From Microcoleus sp. (GTDB taxonomy: Bacteria; Cyanobacteriota; Cyanobacteriia; Cyanobacteriales; Microcoleaceae), in contig JAYFMW010000017.1 of NCBI GenBank assembly GCA_042408215.1, forward strand, positions 256,001-320,000: 64,000 nt of DNA. The letters run 5' to 3'. Of the stretch, positions 30,564-42,136 are shown piece by piece (positions within the stretch are counted from its first letter, which is position 1; the number at the start of each line of letters is the position of its first letter). Position numbers and translations under genes: made by a program. The notes beneath the pieces were generated by a model. That model had not been told where the DNA came from, did not search any database, and was given only the letters and a program-made list of their open reading frames with translations.

Positions 30564-32219
30564 ATGGGTAACAAATTAGGATGTAAGTGGTTGTCGTCCC
30601 TGGTAAGTATGTTTAGCGTTATGGCCGGCACTTTCAGTGGTATCGCAAACCCTGTGAAAGTGGCGGAAACGGTGGTTGTTCGCAAAGGAATTTTGCGGTT
30701 GTCAATATCTGTTACTGATTTGCGATCGCTCGTGGAAACGGGAAAAGTCCCCGATCGATTGCAAACATACGCTAATCAGTTGTCTGGGGAACAGCGGAGT
30801 CAAATCTTTGGCGCGCTACAAGCTAAAATTCCCCTGAATGTGGTCGGTTTGAGCAATTTGCTAAATAGTCGCGTTGGTACTGCGATTCTGGCGGATCTGA
30901 CTACGGTAATACCCGGGCGCGACGGTGCGGGAGTCGAAGCGCTGCGATCGGCCTTAGTTTTGGGAGCGAAAGCGCCAGAAGGCTTGTCGGTACTGAGTTT
31001 TCTTGAAAATTATCCAGGTAGGCGGGTAGTGGTGGATCTCGATCGAGCCTTCGCTGTTATGGGACAATTGAATAGGAGTTTTTGGGAAACTCAGCGGTTT
31101 ATGGCCGCGATCGCACCTCAATTAGCAGCCTCTAAACCTGCGCTGAAGCTGCCGATTGATCCGACTCAACCTGGGCCTCATTCGGTGCGGGTAATGAGGC
31201 TAGATTTAAACGATAGCACCCGCAATCGGCACATTCCCCTTGATGTTTATTGGTCGCGGGCGGCGACAATGGACAAACCGACGATCGTGTTTTCTCACGG
31301 TTTGGGTTCTGTGCGTACCGATTTGCGCTACTTAGCCGAACATTTGGCGTCTCACGGCTATGTGGTAGCTGCTTTGGAACATCCGGGAAGCAACGAAAGC
31401 AACACGAATTCTGCGATCGCGGGTAAGTCGCCGCCGATCGCACCTCAAGAGTTTTTAGACCGTCCCAAAGATATCAGTTTTGTACTCGATGAATTGGCAA
31501 AGTTAAACCAAACTGATGATAATTTGGAGGGGAAAATCGCGATCGGGCGATCGATGATCGTGGGATATTCCTTTGGCGGCGCAACTGCTTTGTCCGTAGC
31601 CGGTGCCGAGTTGCAACTAAGCGGTCTCAGACAGCGCTGTCAGGAGGATTTAATTACTTTAAGTTTCGGCGAAGGAATGCAGTGCGAGGCGGCCGGATTA
31701 CCAGAAGAACGCTATCAACTGCGCGAACCCAGGATTAAAAGGGCGATCGCCATGAATCCTACAACTTCTTTATTATTTGGAGAAACTGGTTTAAGTGCGA
31801 TTGAAATTCCCACCTTAATAGTCGCATCTTCTGGGGACAAAACTACACCCGCTTTCCGGGAACAAATTATCGGCTTCCCCAAAATTCCCTCTCCGAAATG
31901 GCTGGTGGGTTTTGTGGGCGGAACTCACCTCAGCGTTAAAGATCCGAGTACAACTTTAGAGCAAGTTGGCAGGCCGAGTACAGTGATGACGGGAGATGAA
32001 GTAGTTGGCGATCGAGCTGTTAGCATTCGCAACTATATTAAAGCTATAACTTTAGCAATGGCCGCTCAAATGACTGATGATGCTGACAAATATGCCATCT
32101 TTTTAACACCAGAATACGCGCAATTTGCATCTACAACCGCAATTCCCGTGCGGCTGATGACAGAGATTCCCCCAGAAGCTAATGCAGTCGTGCAAAGTTT
32201 CATGCAGCAGCATAAGTAG
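30564..32219 (+). CDS. Alpha/beta hydrolase (DUF1400-type N-terminus plus dienelactone/PAF-AH-like domain)
   Basis: SHGLGS, HLASHG, HPGS, DRPKDISFVLD, GYSFG nucleophile, GGTH. Confidence 0.88.
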   Translation: MGNKLGCKWLSSLVSMFSVMAGTFSGIANPVKVAETVVVRKGILRLSISVTDLRSLVETGKVPDRLQTYANQLSGEQRSQIFGALQAKIPLNVVGLSNLLNSRVGTAILADLTTVIPGRDGAGVEALRSALVLGAKAPEGLSVLSFLENYPGRRVVVDLDRAFAVMGQLNRSFWETQRFMAAIAPQLAASKPALKLPIDPTQPGPHSVRVMRLDLNDSTRNRHIPLDVYWSRAATMDKPTIVFSHGLGSVRTDLRYLAEHLASHGYVVAALEHPGSNESNTNSAIAGKSPPIAPQEFLDRPKDISFVLDELAKLNQTDDNLEGKIAIGRSMIVGYSFGGATALSVAGAELQLSGLRQRCQEDLITLSFGEGMQCEAAGLPEERYQLREPRIKRAIAMNPTTSLLFGETGLSAIEIPTLIVASSGDKTTPAFREQIIGFPKIPSPKWLVGFVGGTHLSVKDPSTTLEQVGRPSTVMTGDEVVGDRAVSIRNYIKAITLAMAAQMTDDADKYAIFLTPEYAQFASTTAIPVRLMTEIPPEANAVVQSFMQQHK

Positions 32220-32432
32220 TCATTAGTCAGTAGTCAGTAGTCATTAGTCATTAGTTAGTAGTCATTAGTTAGTAGTCATTAGTTAGTAGTCATTAGTTAG
32301 TAGTCAGTAGTCATTAGTCAGTAGTCAGTAGTCAGTTGTAGTCAGGACTTTAATCCTTATTAGCTAAAAGCTTTAAGAAAGGACGGTCGTCCTCACTACC
32401 AACTTATGATGGTTAGATCGCCTGACATAATA

Positions 32433-32763
32433 CAGCAGATTCCACGTTTATGAAGTACACCCCAGATCGATCCCCGTAGGGACACTCAAGCGTGCCTATT
32501 TGTGTCAACTTAAGCCTGAAACCCTTGAGAAATCTGGGTTTTACGCCAAGTCTAGATCCCCCTAAATCCCCCTTAAGAAGGGAGTAGGGTGTGAGTAGGG
32601 GGTGACTTTGAGAAGACTCCTGTCCCCCCCTTCTTAAGGGGGGCTAGGGGGGATCTGGCCTTAATAGTCAAACAGCAGTCTCTGACTGGGTTTCAGCCTT
32701 AAGTTGACACCTATGGGCACGCTTGAGTGTCCATACTACACTTCATAAACCTGGAATACGCTG
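32433..32763. mobile_element. Nested MITE: TA-flanked outer element containing a GTGTCAACTTAAG-TIR element (32502-32710)
   Basis: Outer CAGC..TTTATGAAGT / ACTTCATAAA..GCTG; inner element is an inverted homolog of 40744-40940. Confidence 0.8.
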
Positions 32764-32769
32764 TATCAG

Positions 32770-32802
32770 AGCATAAATTTGCTAAAATAGCAAATTTATG
32801 CT
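32770..32802. terminator. Perfect inverted repeat between convergent genes
   Basis: AGCATAAATTTGCTA-AAA-TAGCAAATTTATGCT. Confidence 0.5.
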
Positions 32803-32864
32803 TCCAGTCAAAAAGCTTTTCACGCGCTACTTTTCAGGTTGTGTGGGCTTCGCGATATTTGTGA

Positions 32865-35800
32865 CTAAATAGCCAGAAAAAGAGAGTTGTTGATAGAAGC
32901 AGCTTGCACTCCTATCAAAGTAGCTAAAACTTCATTGGTAGCTGTTACCTTGATGATGGTATTGGCAGGATTGGAGTCTGAGGCAATGGTTAGCTGAGCA
33001 AATGTCAAGCCACCGGCTAGGCCCAGAGTGTCTTTATTGCCGCCTGTAGCAGTGAAGTCAAGTAAAGTATCAACTCCGTTTCCAGAAGCAAAAACAAATA
33101 AGTCCTGGCCGTTTCCGCCCGTGAGGGTGTCGTCACCCATTCCGCCCGTGAGGGTGTCCTTGTTAGCCCCACCATCGAGCCAGTCATCACCAAAGCCACC
33201 GAATAGGGAATCAGTACCATTTTGACCTGTGAGGGTGTCGTTACCGGCTTCGCCGTCGAGGTAATCATTGCCGGTGTCGCCGTTGAGGGTGTCGTTACCA
33301 GCACCACCGAGAATGCTGTCATCGCCTGCATTGCCAATCAGGGTGTCATCGCCTGCATTGCCCATCAGGGAACTGGAGCCTGAGTTACCTATTAGGAGGA
33401 TACCAGGGACGGGGGAAGGTGCAGGTGTGGGCGTTACCGATGGTGTCGGTGTTACCGCAGGCGTTGGTGTTACCGATGGCGTAGGTGTTACCGCAGGCGT
33501 AGGTGTTACCGATGGCGTAGGTGTTACCGCTGGTGTTGGTGTTACCGATGGCGTAGGTGTTACCGCTGGTGTTGGTGTTACCGCTGGCGTTGGTGTTACC
33601 GCAGGCGTTGGTGTTACCGATGGTGTTGGTGTTACCGCTGGTGTGGGTGTTACCGCTGGTGTTACCGCAGGTGCTGGCGTTACCGCTGGCGTTACCGATG
33701 GTGTCGGTGTTACCGATGGTGTCGGTGTTACCGATGGTGTCGGTGTTACCGCAGGTGCTGGTGTTACCGCAGGCGTTACCGATGGTGCTGGTGTTACCGA
33801 TGGCGTTACCGATGGTGCTGGTGTTACCGCAGGTGTTACCGCAGGTGCTGGTGTTACCGCTGGTGTTACCGCTGGTGTTACCGCTGGTGTTACCGCTGGT
33901 GTTACCGCAGGTGCTGGTGTTACCGCAGGTGCTGGTGTTACCGCTGGTGCTGGTGTTACCGCAGGTGCTGGTGTTACCGCAGGTGCTGGTGTTACCGCAG
34001 GTGCTGGTGTTACCGCAGGTGTTACCGCAGGTGCTGGTGTTACCGCAGGTGCTGGTGTTACCGCAGGTGTTACCGATGGTGTGGGTGTTTCCCTTGGTGT
34101 TGGCGTTACCGATGGTGTGGGTGTTTCCCCTGGTGTTACCGATGGCGTGGGTGTTTCCCCTGGTGTTACCGATGGCGTGGGTGTTTCCCCTGGTGTGGGT
34201 GTTACCGATGGCGTGGGTGTTTCCCCTGGTGTTGGTGTTACCGCAGGCGTGGGTGTTTCCCCTGGTGTTGGTGTTACCGCAGGCGTGGGTGTTTCCGCAG
34301 GCGTTGGTTTTTTCCCTGGTGTGGGTGTTTCCGCAGGCGTTGGTTTTTTCCCAGGTGTGGGTGTTTCCGCAGGTGTGGGTGTTATCGCAGGTGTAGGTGT
34401 TGCCGATGGTGTGGGTGTTTTTGGCGTGCCCAATTGCAAGTTTTTGAGGATGGCTAAAAGTTCATTATCTTTACCTTTGCCACGCCAGACTAAGGTATCT
34501 TTGGCATTTTCACCAGTGCCGTTGGTAAACTCTAATTCGTCATTTCTCAGTCCCTTCAAAACTCCTAGATTATCTTGACCGATCGCGTAATCCCAGATGA
34601 TATCTACTCCCTCACCAGGAGAAAGCATAAAGATATCTTGACCGCCACCACCATAAAGGTTATCGTTGCCAACTTCGCCGTAGATTACGTCGTTGCCGTT
34701 GCCACCAAGGATGGAATCATCGCCGCTGTCTCCGTAGAGAGTGTCACCATCTTCGTTACCTAAAAGGGTGTCATTGCCGGCACCGCCGTAGATGAGGTCG
34801 AAACCGAAACCGCCGTCGAGGGTGTCGTTGCCGGCACTGCCTTCGAGGATGTCGTCGTCGCCGCCGCCACCCATGTTGTCGTCGCCGGAACGTCCTAAAA
34901 GGGTGTCTTTGCCGTCGCCGCCTTTCATCCAGTCGTTGCCTTCGCGGCCGTCCATGTGGTCGTCGCCGCCACCGCCAATTAGGGAGTCATTGCCTACTTT
35001 GCCGTCAAGGATGTCGTTGCCACCTAAACCGCTGATGACGTTGGGGCCGTTGTCGCCGATGAGGGTGTCGTTGTAGTCGGAACCTTCCAGGTTTTCGACG
35101 TTTTCGATTCTGTCGCCTTCGGCATCGCCTCCTACACCTCGGCCTGGTTGCAGGTGGACGTACACGGGTGCTTTTGAGTCAAAGTAGGAAACGGTGTCGT
35201 CTCCTGTCCCGCCGTCTTGGAAGTCGGCACCGGAGCCACCGACGAGAAAATCATTGCCGCTGTCTCCGTAAAGACGATCGTTATCTTCGCCGCCCAATAA
35301 GCTGTCGTCGCCTGCATCGCCGTGTAGGGAGTCTTTGCCAGTTTCGCCGTAAATGAGGTCGATGGCATCCCCACCACTCATTTCGTCGTCACCACTACCG
35401 CCGTAGAGGGTGTCGTCGTCGGCATCGCCGGCCATGATGTCGTTGTCGCTGTCGCCATAGAGGAGGTCGGCGCTGTTGCCGCCGCTGAGGTTGTCGGTGC
35501 CGTTGCCGCCGTAGATGAGGTCTTCGGCGTTGTCTCCTGCTAGTTTGTCGTTGCCATCTTCGCCGTAGAGGGTGTCTGTGTCTTCGCCGCCGCTCATTTG
35601 GTCGTTGCCAGTACCGCCGTAGAGGGTATCGCTACCGTTGTCGCCGGCCATGATGTCGTTGTCGCTGTCGCCATAGAGGAGGTCAGCACCGTTGCCGCCG
35701 CTGAGGGTGTCGGTGCCGTTGCCGCCGTAGATGAGGTCTTCGGCGTTGTCTCCTGCTAGTTGGTCGTTGCCATCTTCGCCGTAGAGGGTGTCTGTGTCTT

Positions 35801-38800
35801 CGCCGCCGCTCATTTGGTCGTTGCCAGTACCGCCGTAGAGGGTATCGCTACCGTTGTCGCCGGCCATGATGTCGTTGTCGCCGTCGCCGTAGAGTTGGTC
35901 TTTGTCGTCACCGCCGCTGAGAATGTCGTTGCCTGCGTTGCCGTGTAGGATATCTTGACCTTGTTCGCCTAAGAGTTGGTCTGCGCCGTCGTTGCCGTTG
36001 AGGATGTCGTCGCCGGTGTTGCCGTTGAGGAAATCGTCGCCCGCGTTGCCGTTCAAGATGTCGTTGTCTTCGTTGCCGAAAAGTTGGTCTGTGCCGTCGC
36101 CGCCGTTGAGTAAGTCTTGGCCAATTTGACCAAAAAGGCGATCGTTACCTGCGTCACCGTTGAGGATGTCGTTACCGTTACCGCCTTCTAGGAGGTCGTC
36201 GTCTTCGTTGCCGTTGAGTTGGTCTACACCTTCGCCGCCGTAGAGGTTGTCATTGCCTGCATTGCCGTTGAGTTGGTCTTCGCCGTCGTCGCCGTAGAGG
36301 TTGTCGGTGCCGTCGCCACCATTTAGGGAGTCGTTGCCTGTGTCGCCGTGTAGGAGGTCGTTACCGCTGTCGCCTTGCAGGAGGTCGTTGTCTTCGTTGC
36401 CGGAAAGGGTGTCATTGTCTCCACCGCCGTTGAGGGTGTCTTGACCAAGTTGACCTAAGAGTGAGTCGTTGCCGGAGTCACCATTTAAGGAGTCGTTGCC
36501 GATTTCACCGTAGAGGGTGTCTTCGCCGTCGTTGCCGTTGAGTAAGTCGTCGTCTTCGCCTCCGATTAGTTGGTCTTGTTCTGTACCGCCGTTGAGGGTA
36601 TCTTGACCAAGTTGACCTAAGAGTGAGTCGTTGCCTGCGTCACCATTCAAGGAGTCGTTGCCGATGTCGCCGTAGAGGGTGTCTTGGCCGTCGTTGCCGT
36701 TGAGTAAGTCGTCGTCTTCGCCTCCGAGTAGTTGGTCTTGTTCTGTACCACCGTTGAGGGTGTCGTTGCCAAGTTGACCTTGCAGGATGTCGTCGCCTGC
36801 ATCGCCATTTAGGGAGTCGTTGCCAGTGTCACCGTAGAGGGTGTCTTGGCCGTTGTTGCCGTTGAGTAAGGTCGTCGTCTTCGTTGCCGTTGAGTAAGTC
36901 TTGGCCATCGCCTCCTGAGAGGGTATCATTTCCAGTGTTGCCTGCGAGTTGATCATCGCCTTCTTCGCCGTAGAGAATATCGGCGTTGTCTCCGCCGTTG
37001 AGGATGTCGTTATCGAGGTTGCCATAGAGGAAGTCGTTGCCTGCGTCACCATTTAGGGAGTCTTCTCCTTTACCGCCATAGAGGTTGTCGTTGTCTGTAC
37101 CGCCGTTGAGGGTGTCATTGCCAAGTTGACCTAAGAGTGAGTCGTTGCCCGCGTCACCATTTAGGGAGTCGTTACCGGTTTCGCCGTAGAGGGTGTCTTG
37201 GCCGTCGTTGCCGTTGAGGATGTCTTCGTTGTCGCCGCCGTAGAGTTGGTCTTGGTCGGTGCCACCGCTGAGGGTGTCGTTTCCTTCTTGGCCAAACAGG
37301 ATGTCATTTCCCTCGTCACCGCTTGCTTGGTCATTACCGAGTTCGCCATAAAGGATATCTTGACCCTCATTTCCGTTAAGGATATCGTTGCCTTTACCTC
37401 CGTAGAGATTATCATTTCCGCCATCTCCTTGAAGTGCATCATTTCCTACTTCACCATACAGGTTATCAACTCCTCCGCCACCACTCAGAAAGTCGTTGTC
37501 TTCTCCACCGTAGAGTTGGTCTTCGTTATCACCACCGTAAAGATTGTCTGCACCAGTGCCACCTAAAAGGATGTCATTGTTACCATCACCATAAAGGTAA
37601 TCGTTTCCATTACCGCCTTCTATAGCGTCGTCACCATTACCACCTGAAAGGGTATCGTTACCATCAAACTCAGTAGTATTAAATTCGACAATGATCGAAT
37701 TGTCAGGATTTTCCTCATAAGAGGTTACATCTATTTCGTCATTGTTTGTACTGCCATTAAAACCTAGAAAGCTGTTTTGATTGGAGCCTGGAGTATTAGC
37801 ACCATCCTGTATAATTTGATCGCCAGATTGACTCTCTCCTTTAGTTCCTCCTCCATACAGTTTGTCATTGCCATCTCCACCGTAAATCTTATCATTGTTA
37901 CCTCCTCCAAGTATCATATCCTGACCCTTGTTTCCATATATCGTATTTGCTTTGTTGTTTCCCAATATCAAGTCATTAATTGGTGAACCAATTAAGTTTT
38001 CAATGGTTGCATCAAATGACGGAAGACCGGGACTGTAAGCAAGTTCAGTACCATATTCCATGACTTTCTTATAATTACTATAAGCAGATAGTTCACTAAG
38101 CATACCGCCTGGGTTCATATCAAATACGTAATCTAATTTTAATAAGATACTGATTTCTTTAGAAATAAGGCCAGTAACAGAACTAGCAATACTTTTGATT
38201 ATTTTAGTAGTTCCGCCTATGATACCTCCTAAATCTAAATTCTTTACATCAGAAAAATCTAGGGTGTCATTTTCTCCACCACTATCCCATATAGTTGATT
38301 TTACTGGTTCTCCCTTAAACGTATTTTTGTAATAGTCCTTGATTCCATCTGAATAGCTATACACATTATAAAATTTGTATGTAGTATCTCCATGATTGTT
38401 TTGTTTCGCCTTGTAAAGAGATTGCAGTGCAAAAATATCATAAGGCATCAATGAAACAGCATTGCTACCAGGGCGGTTGTAGCTCATTACTGTATTGGTG
38501 TTGTTATCATGTAAACCTGGTAATAATGGTTGTGGTTGATCCTCGTATGCTCCTGCACTGAAAGGATGCTTCAAACCTAAAGTGTGTCCAATTTCATGAA
38601 TCATCGTTTCATAACCATCGCCACCAGGACCAGCTAACCATCCACCAGAGAATCCAGAAAACAAAGAGAAACCATTTTCATATTTAGGATCAAAGTAAAC
38701 ATCACCGGTTAATTCAGTACTCCTGTCTGGCCTATTGTTTAGATTGAGAGCATCGGCTGTGGGCCACAGGCCTTCACCATGTTTCTCTTGTACTTCTCCT

Positions 38801-39159
38801 TTATCATTTGTAGTGGTGAGGTTAGAATACATAAAACGCAACTGCCCGGTATTTCCAGTTTCATAACGAAGGAAATTGCCGTTATTGTCATACTTAGGTC
38901 TTAAAGTTTCTGTTTCTGGTTTAAAATTGATTGGTATAACCGAGCCATAAACATCATTGAGAATATTTGTGATATACGTTTGAACACTAGAAGGCTGAAC
39001 ACTAGAAGGCAGGGGACGAATATCCTTTCCATTACCAAAATCTGCCACGTATAAATCATCAGTATCATCATTAATAAAGCTATATGTTAGTTGAGAAGTA
39101 CCTTGCGGCCATCGAGAACCACTAAGTAATCCTTGTAAATTAAAATTAGGTGTAGCCAT
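32865..39159 (-). pseudogene. Serralysin-like M10 metalloprotease-RTX protein (~2097 aa if intact), split by a 1-nt insertion at 36870-36871 (real or sequencing error)
   Basis: HEIGHTLGLKHP zinc motif, VMSY Met-turn, many GGxGxDxL repeats, PT repeats, RTX-type C-terminus; GAGTAAGGTCGTC at 36864 versus GAGTAAGTCGTC in sister repeats. Confidence 0.85.
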
Positions 39160-39340
39160 GATCCTTTCTCCTTTGAATTATGTTAGTGAACCCTGAACAA
39201 TGTAAATGCAGATACGCGAAACTTACTCGCCTTTTTTCCCAAGCGATACTATGAGGAAATAATGAACGCGATCGCGCTAGTATTACCTTCTATAAAACCT
39301 ATTGGGGTTAACCCCTAATTTTTATGCAGCTTTGCCGAAT

Positions 39341-39825
39341 TTGTTACAAAACTTTGCATAAAGCCCGTCACATCAAAATACGCCCCTGGAAAATTCCCCA
39401 GTGCGCCCTTCCCTAAAACCTTTCATATCAATCTTCATGCACCCTCCAAAAGAGAAACTTTGTAACCTCTGTCTATCTATCAGTCTCAGCCCGTGACTTT
39501 TATGCAAAAACTCAGCTTTTTGTTACAAAACTTTACACAAAGCCCGCCCAATCAAAATACGCCCCTGGAAAATTCCCCAGTGCGCCCTTCCCTAAAACCT
39601 TTAATATCAATCTTCATGCACCCTCCAAAATCGAAACTTTGTAACCTCTGTCTATCTATCAGTCTCAGCCCGTGACTTTTATGCAAAAACTCAGCTTTTG
39701 TTACAAAACTTTACACAAAGCCCGCCCAATCAAATTACGCCCCTGGAAAATTCCCCAGTGCGCCCTTCCCTAAAACCTTTCATATCAATCTTCATGCACC
39801 CTCCAAAAGAGAAATTTCGTAACTT
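39341..39825. repeat. Tandem ~179-bp repeat, 2.7 copies, upstream of the RTX protease
   Basis: Units start TTGTTACAAAACTTT at 39341, 39520 and 39698. Confidence 0.92.
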
Positions 39826-40407
39826 CGATCTATCTCTGTTTTTCTTCCGAGCTGATACTAATTCGTATTTACTAGCAATATTACACCAAAATTACGTTTG
39901 CAACAATCACGTAAACGCCCGATCGCAATTAATTTCTCTCATTGGTGCGATCGGACTAATTACGTGCTCGTAAAAACCTGTATAAAATTGTCAGCATAAT
40001 TGCTAATTTACTCACAAAAAAATAGGTGATTTACTATTACTTCACACAAACTTGATTTTTCGCACGTAAATATTGCGTAGACCAATGGAGCGTAATCGCT
40101 CAACTCAGTATTTGTACTGAATCCCGTAGAACATAATTGTTATGAAACCATGACATAATATCGTACAAGTCGCATCTTAGGGAAATAGGGCTGACACACG
40201 ATCACTCATTACCATTATTTGCCCGTAGTAACCTTGACGATAGTCAGTAGTCAGTAGTCAGTTGTTAGTTGTTAGTTGTTAACAGTCAACAGCTAACAAT
40301 TCCCAATTCCCCAGGCCCAATTCCCATAAATTATTAGCGATATTTTATGGCTGTTAAATGGCAAAATATAAATAAAGCAATTTCACAAACTCTACTCGGA
40401 AACTCCT

Positions 40408-40632
40408 ATGGCTAAAAAAAATTTCATCCCGCTGTTGCTACTGTTAACAGCACTTTTTATCACCTATGGTGACAGTTGGACTTTTCTCCCCAAACCTGCA
40501 AGAAATGCCAGTCTGACAAGTCGAAAATTCGTAGTCGGGCTGTGGCCGAGTTGGGTGAAGCCGAGGGATTTGAACGAGAAAAGGCAACGGGAACTTGACG
40601 AACTACAAAAAACTCCCACTCCCAACCGTTGA
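40408..40632 (+). CDS. Small membrane-anchored hypothetical protein
   Basis: Hydrophobic N-terminus, GD..FLP.P..NAS..R pattern. Confidence 0.65.
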   Translation: MAKKNFIPLLLLLTALFITYGDSWTFLPKPARNASLTSRKFVVGLWPSWVKPRDLNEKRQRELDELQKTPTPNR

Positions 40633-40684
40633 TGGAAAAAACAAGAATTCTGTTAGATACCCGACTTTTTTAAGAAGTCGGGTA

Positions 40685-40996
40685 TAGCAGTTTTCAATTC
40701 TATGAAATACGGCAGAAGGCTGTAGGGACACGGCGCCGTGCCCATTGGTGTCAACTTAAGCCTAAAGCCCGCCAGGGACTGCTGTTTGACTATTAAATCT
40801 AGATCCCCCCTAGCCCCCCTTAAGAAGGGGGGGACAGGAGTCTTTTCAAAGTCCCCCTTCTTAAGGGGGATTTAGGGGGATCTAGACTTAGCGTAAAACC
40901 CATATTTATCAGGGGTTTCAGCCTGGTTGTTGACACCAATAGGCAGTGCCTAAGTCCCTACCGGACATCTGTACTTCACTCAACTGAGAAATGCTA
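40685..40996. mobile_element. Nested MITE: TA-flanked outer element inside a REP-like repeat, containing an ATTGGTGTCAAC-TIR element (40744-40940)
   Basis: Removal restores GATACCCGAC..GTCGGGTATCTGG.TATTCTGTTTTTT, as seen uninterrupted at 10611-10660. Confidence 0.8.
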
Positions 40997-41030
40997 TATC
41001 TGGCTATTCTGTTTTTTTAAGTTGGTTGAC

Positions 41031-42026
41031 TTAGTTCTTTTTCAACCAGCTAAACATGGCGCGCAAATCTTTGCCGACTTCTTCAATCGGATGTTCTGCT
41101 TCCTGACGGCGCATTGAAATAAATCCTGGTTTGCCGGCTTGGTTTTCTAGAACGAATTCGCGGGCGAATTGGCCTGATTGAATTTCGCTGAGAATTTTAC
41201 GCATTTCGGCGCGGGTTTCATCGGTGACGATGCGGGGGCCGCGAGTTAAATCGCCGTATTCTGCGGTATTAGAGATGCTATCGCGCATTTTGGCGAGGCC
41301 TCCTTCTACTATTAAGTCAACGATTAGTTTGACTTCGTGCAAGCATTCAAAATAAGCTAATTCGGGTTGGTATCCGGCATCAACTAAGGTTTCAAATCCA
41401 GCTTTGATTAAGGCAGTTAAACCGCCGCACAAAACTACTTGTTCGCCAAAAAGATCGGTTTCGGTTTCTTCGCGGAAAGTGGTTTCGAGGATGCCGGCTC
41501 TAGTGCCGCCGATACCTTTAGCATAGGCCATTGCCCGATCGCGCGCTTGGCCAGAAGCATCTTGATAGATTGCAAACAAGCTGGGAACACCTTCTCCCTG
41601 TTCGTAAGTCCGCCGCACCAAATGTCCGGGGCCTTTGGGAGCAACCATTACTACGTCTACATCGGCTGGGGGCACAACTTGGCCGAAGTGAATGTTAAAA
41701 CCGTGGGCAAAAGCCAGAACTTTTCCTGCTGAAAGATGCGGTTCAATCTGTTCTTTGTAAACGGTTTTTTGTACTTCATCTGGCAACAAAATCATGATGA
41801 AGTCAGCGGCGGCGGCTGCTTTGTCTACTGGGTGAACTGTTAAACCTGCTGCGGTTGCTTTGGCTGCCGATTTACTGCCGGGATACAAGCCGACAATGAC
41901 GTTCATGCCACTGTCTTTGAGGTTGAGGGCGTGAGCGTGTCCTTGAGAGCCGTAGCCGATGATGGCAATGGTTTTGTCGGCTAATAGGTCTAGGTTGGCG
42001 TCGGTGTCGTAATACATACGGGCCAT
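41031..42026 (-). CDS. ilvC: Ketol-acid reductoisomerase
   Basis: [40 protein letters not shown]. Confidence 0.98.
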   Translation of the reverse strand: MARMYYDTDANLDLLADKTIAIIGYGSQGHAHALNLKDSGMNVIVGLYPGSKSAAKATAAGLTVHPVDKAAAAADFIMILLPDEVQKTVYKEQIEPHLSAGKVLAFAHGFNIHFGQVVPPADVDVVMVAPKGPGHLVRRTYEQGEGVPSLFAIYQDASGQARDRAMAYAKGIGGTRAGILETTFREETETDLFGEQVVLCGGLTALIKAGFETLVDAGYQPELAYFECLHEVKLIVDLIVEGGLAKMRDSISNTAEYGDLTRGPRIVTDETRAEMRKILSEIQSGQFAREFVLENQAGKPGFISMRRQEAEHPIEEVGKDLRAMFSWLKKN

Positions 42027-42136
42027 AGTGCTTGTCTCCTGCGATGCAAGTGGTAATTGACTGCAAAACTCTTATTTTATCAAAGTATGGTACTTTTTTT
42101 ACAAGAATTTATGGATTCAGATTTAGGCTGTAGGAA

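Noticed and set aside
39341..39825. Possible CRISPR array, or ORFs 39493-39675 and 39698-39973
   Set aside because: 179-bp period without spacers; the ORFs are incidental readings of the repeat
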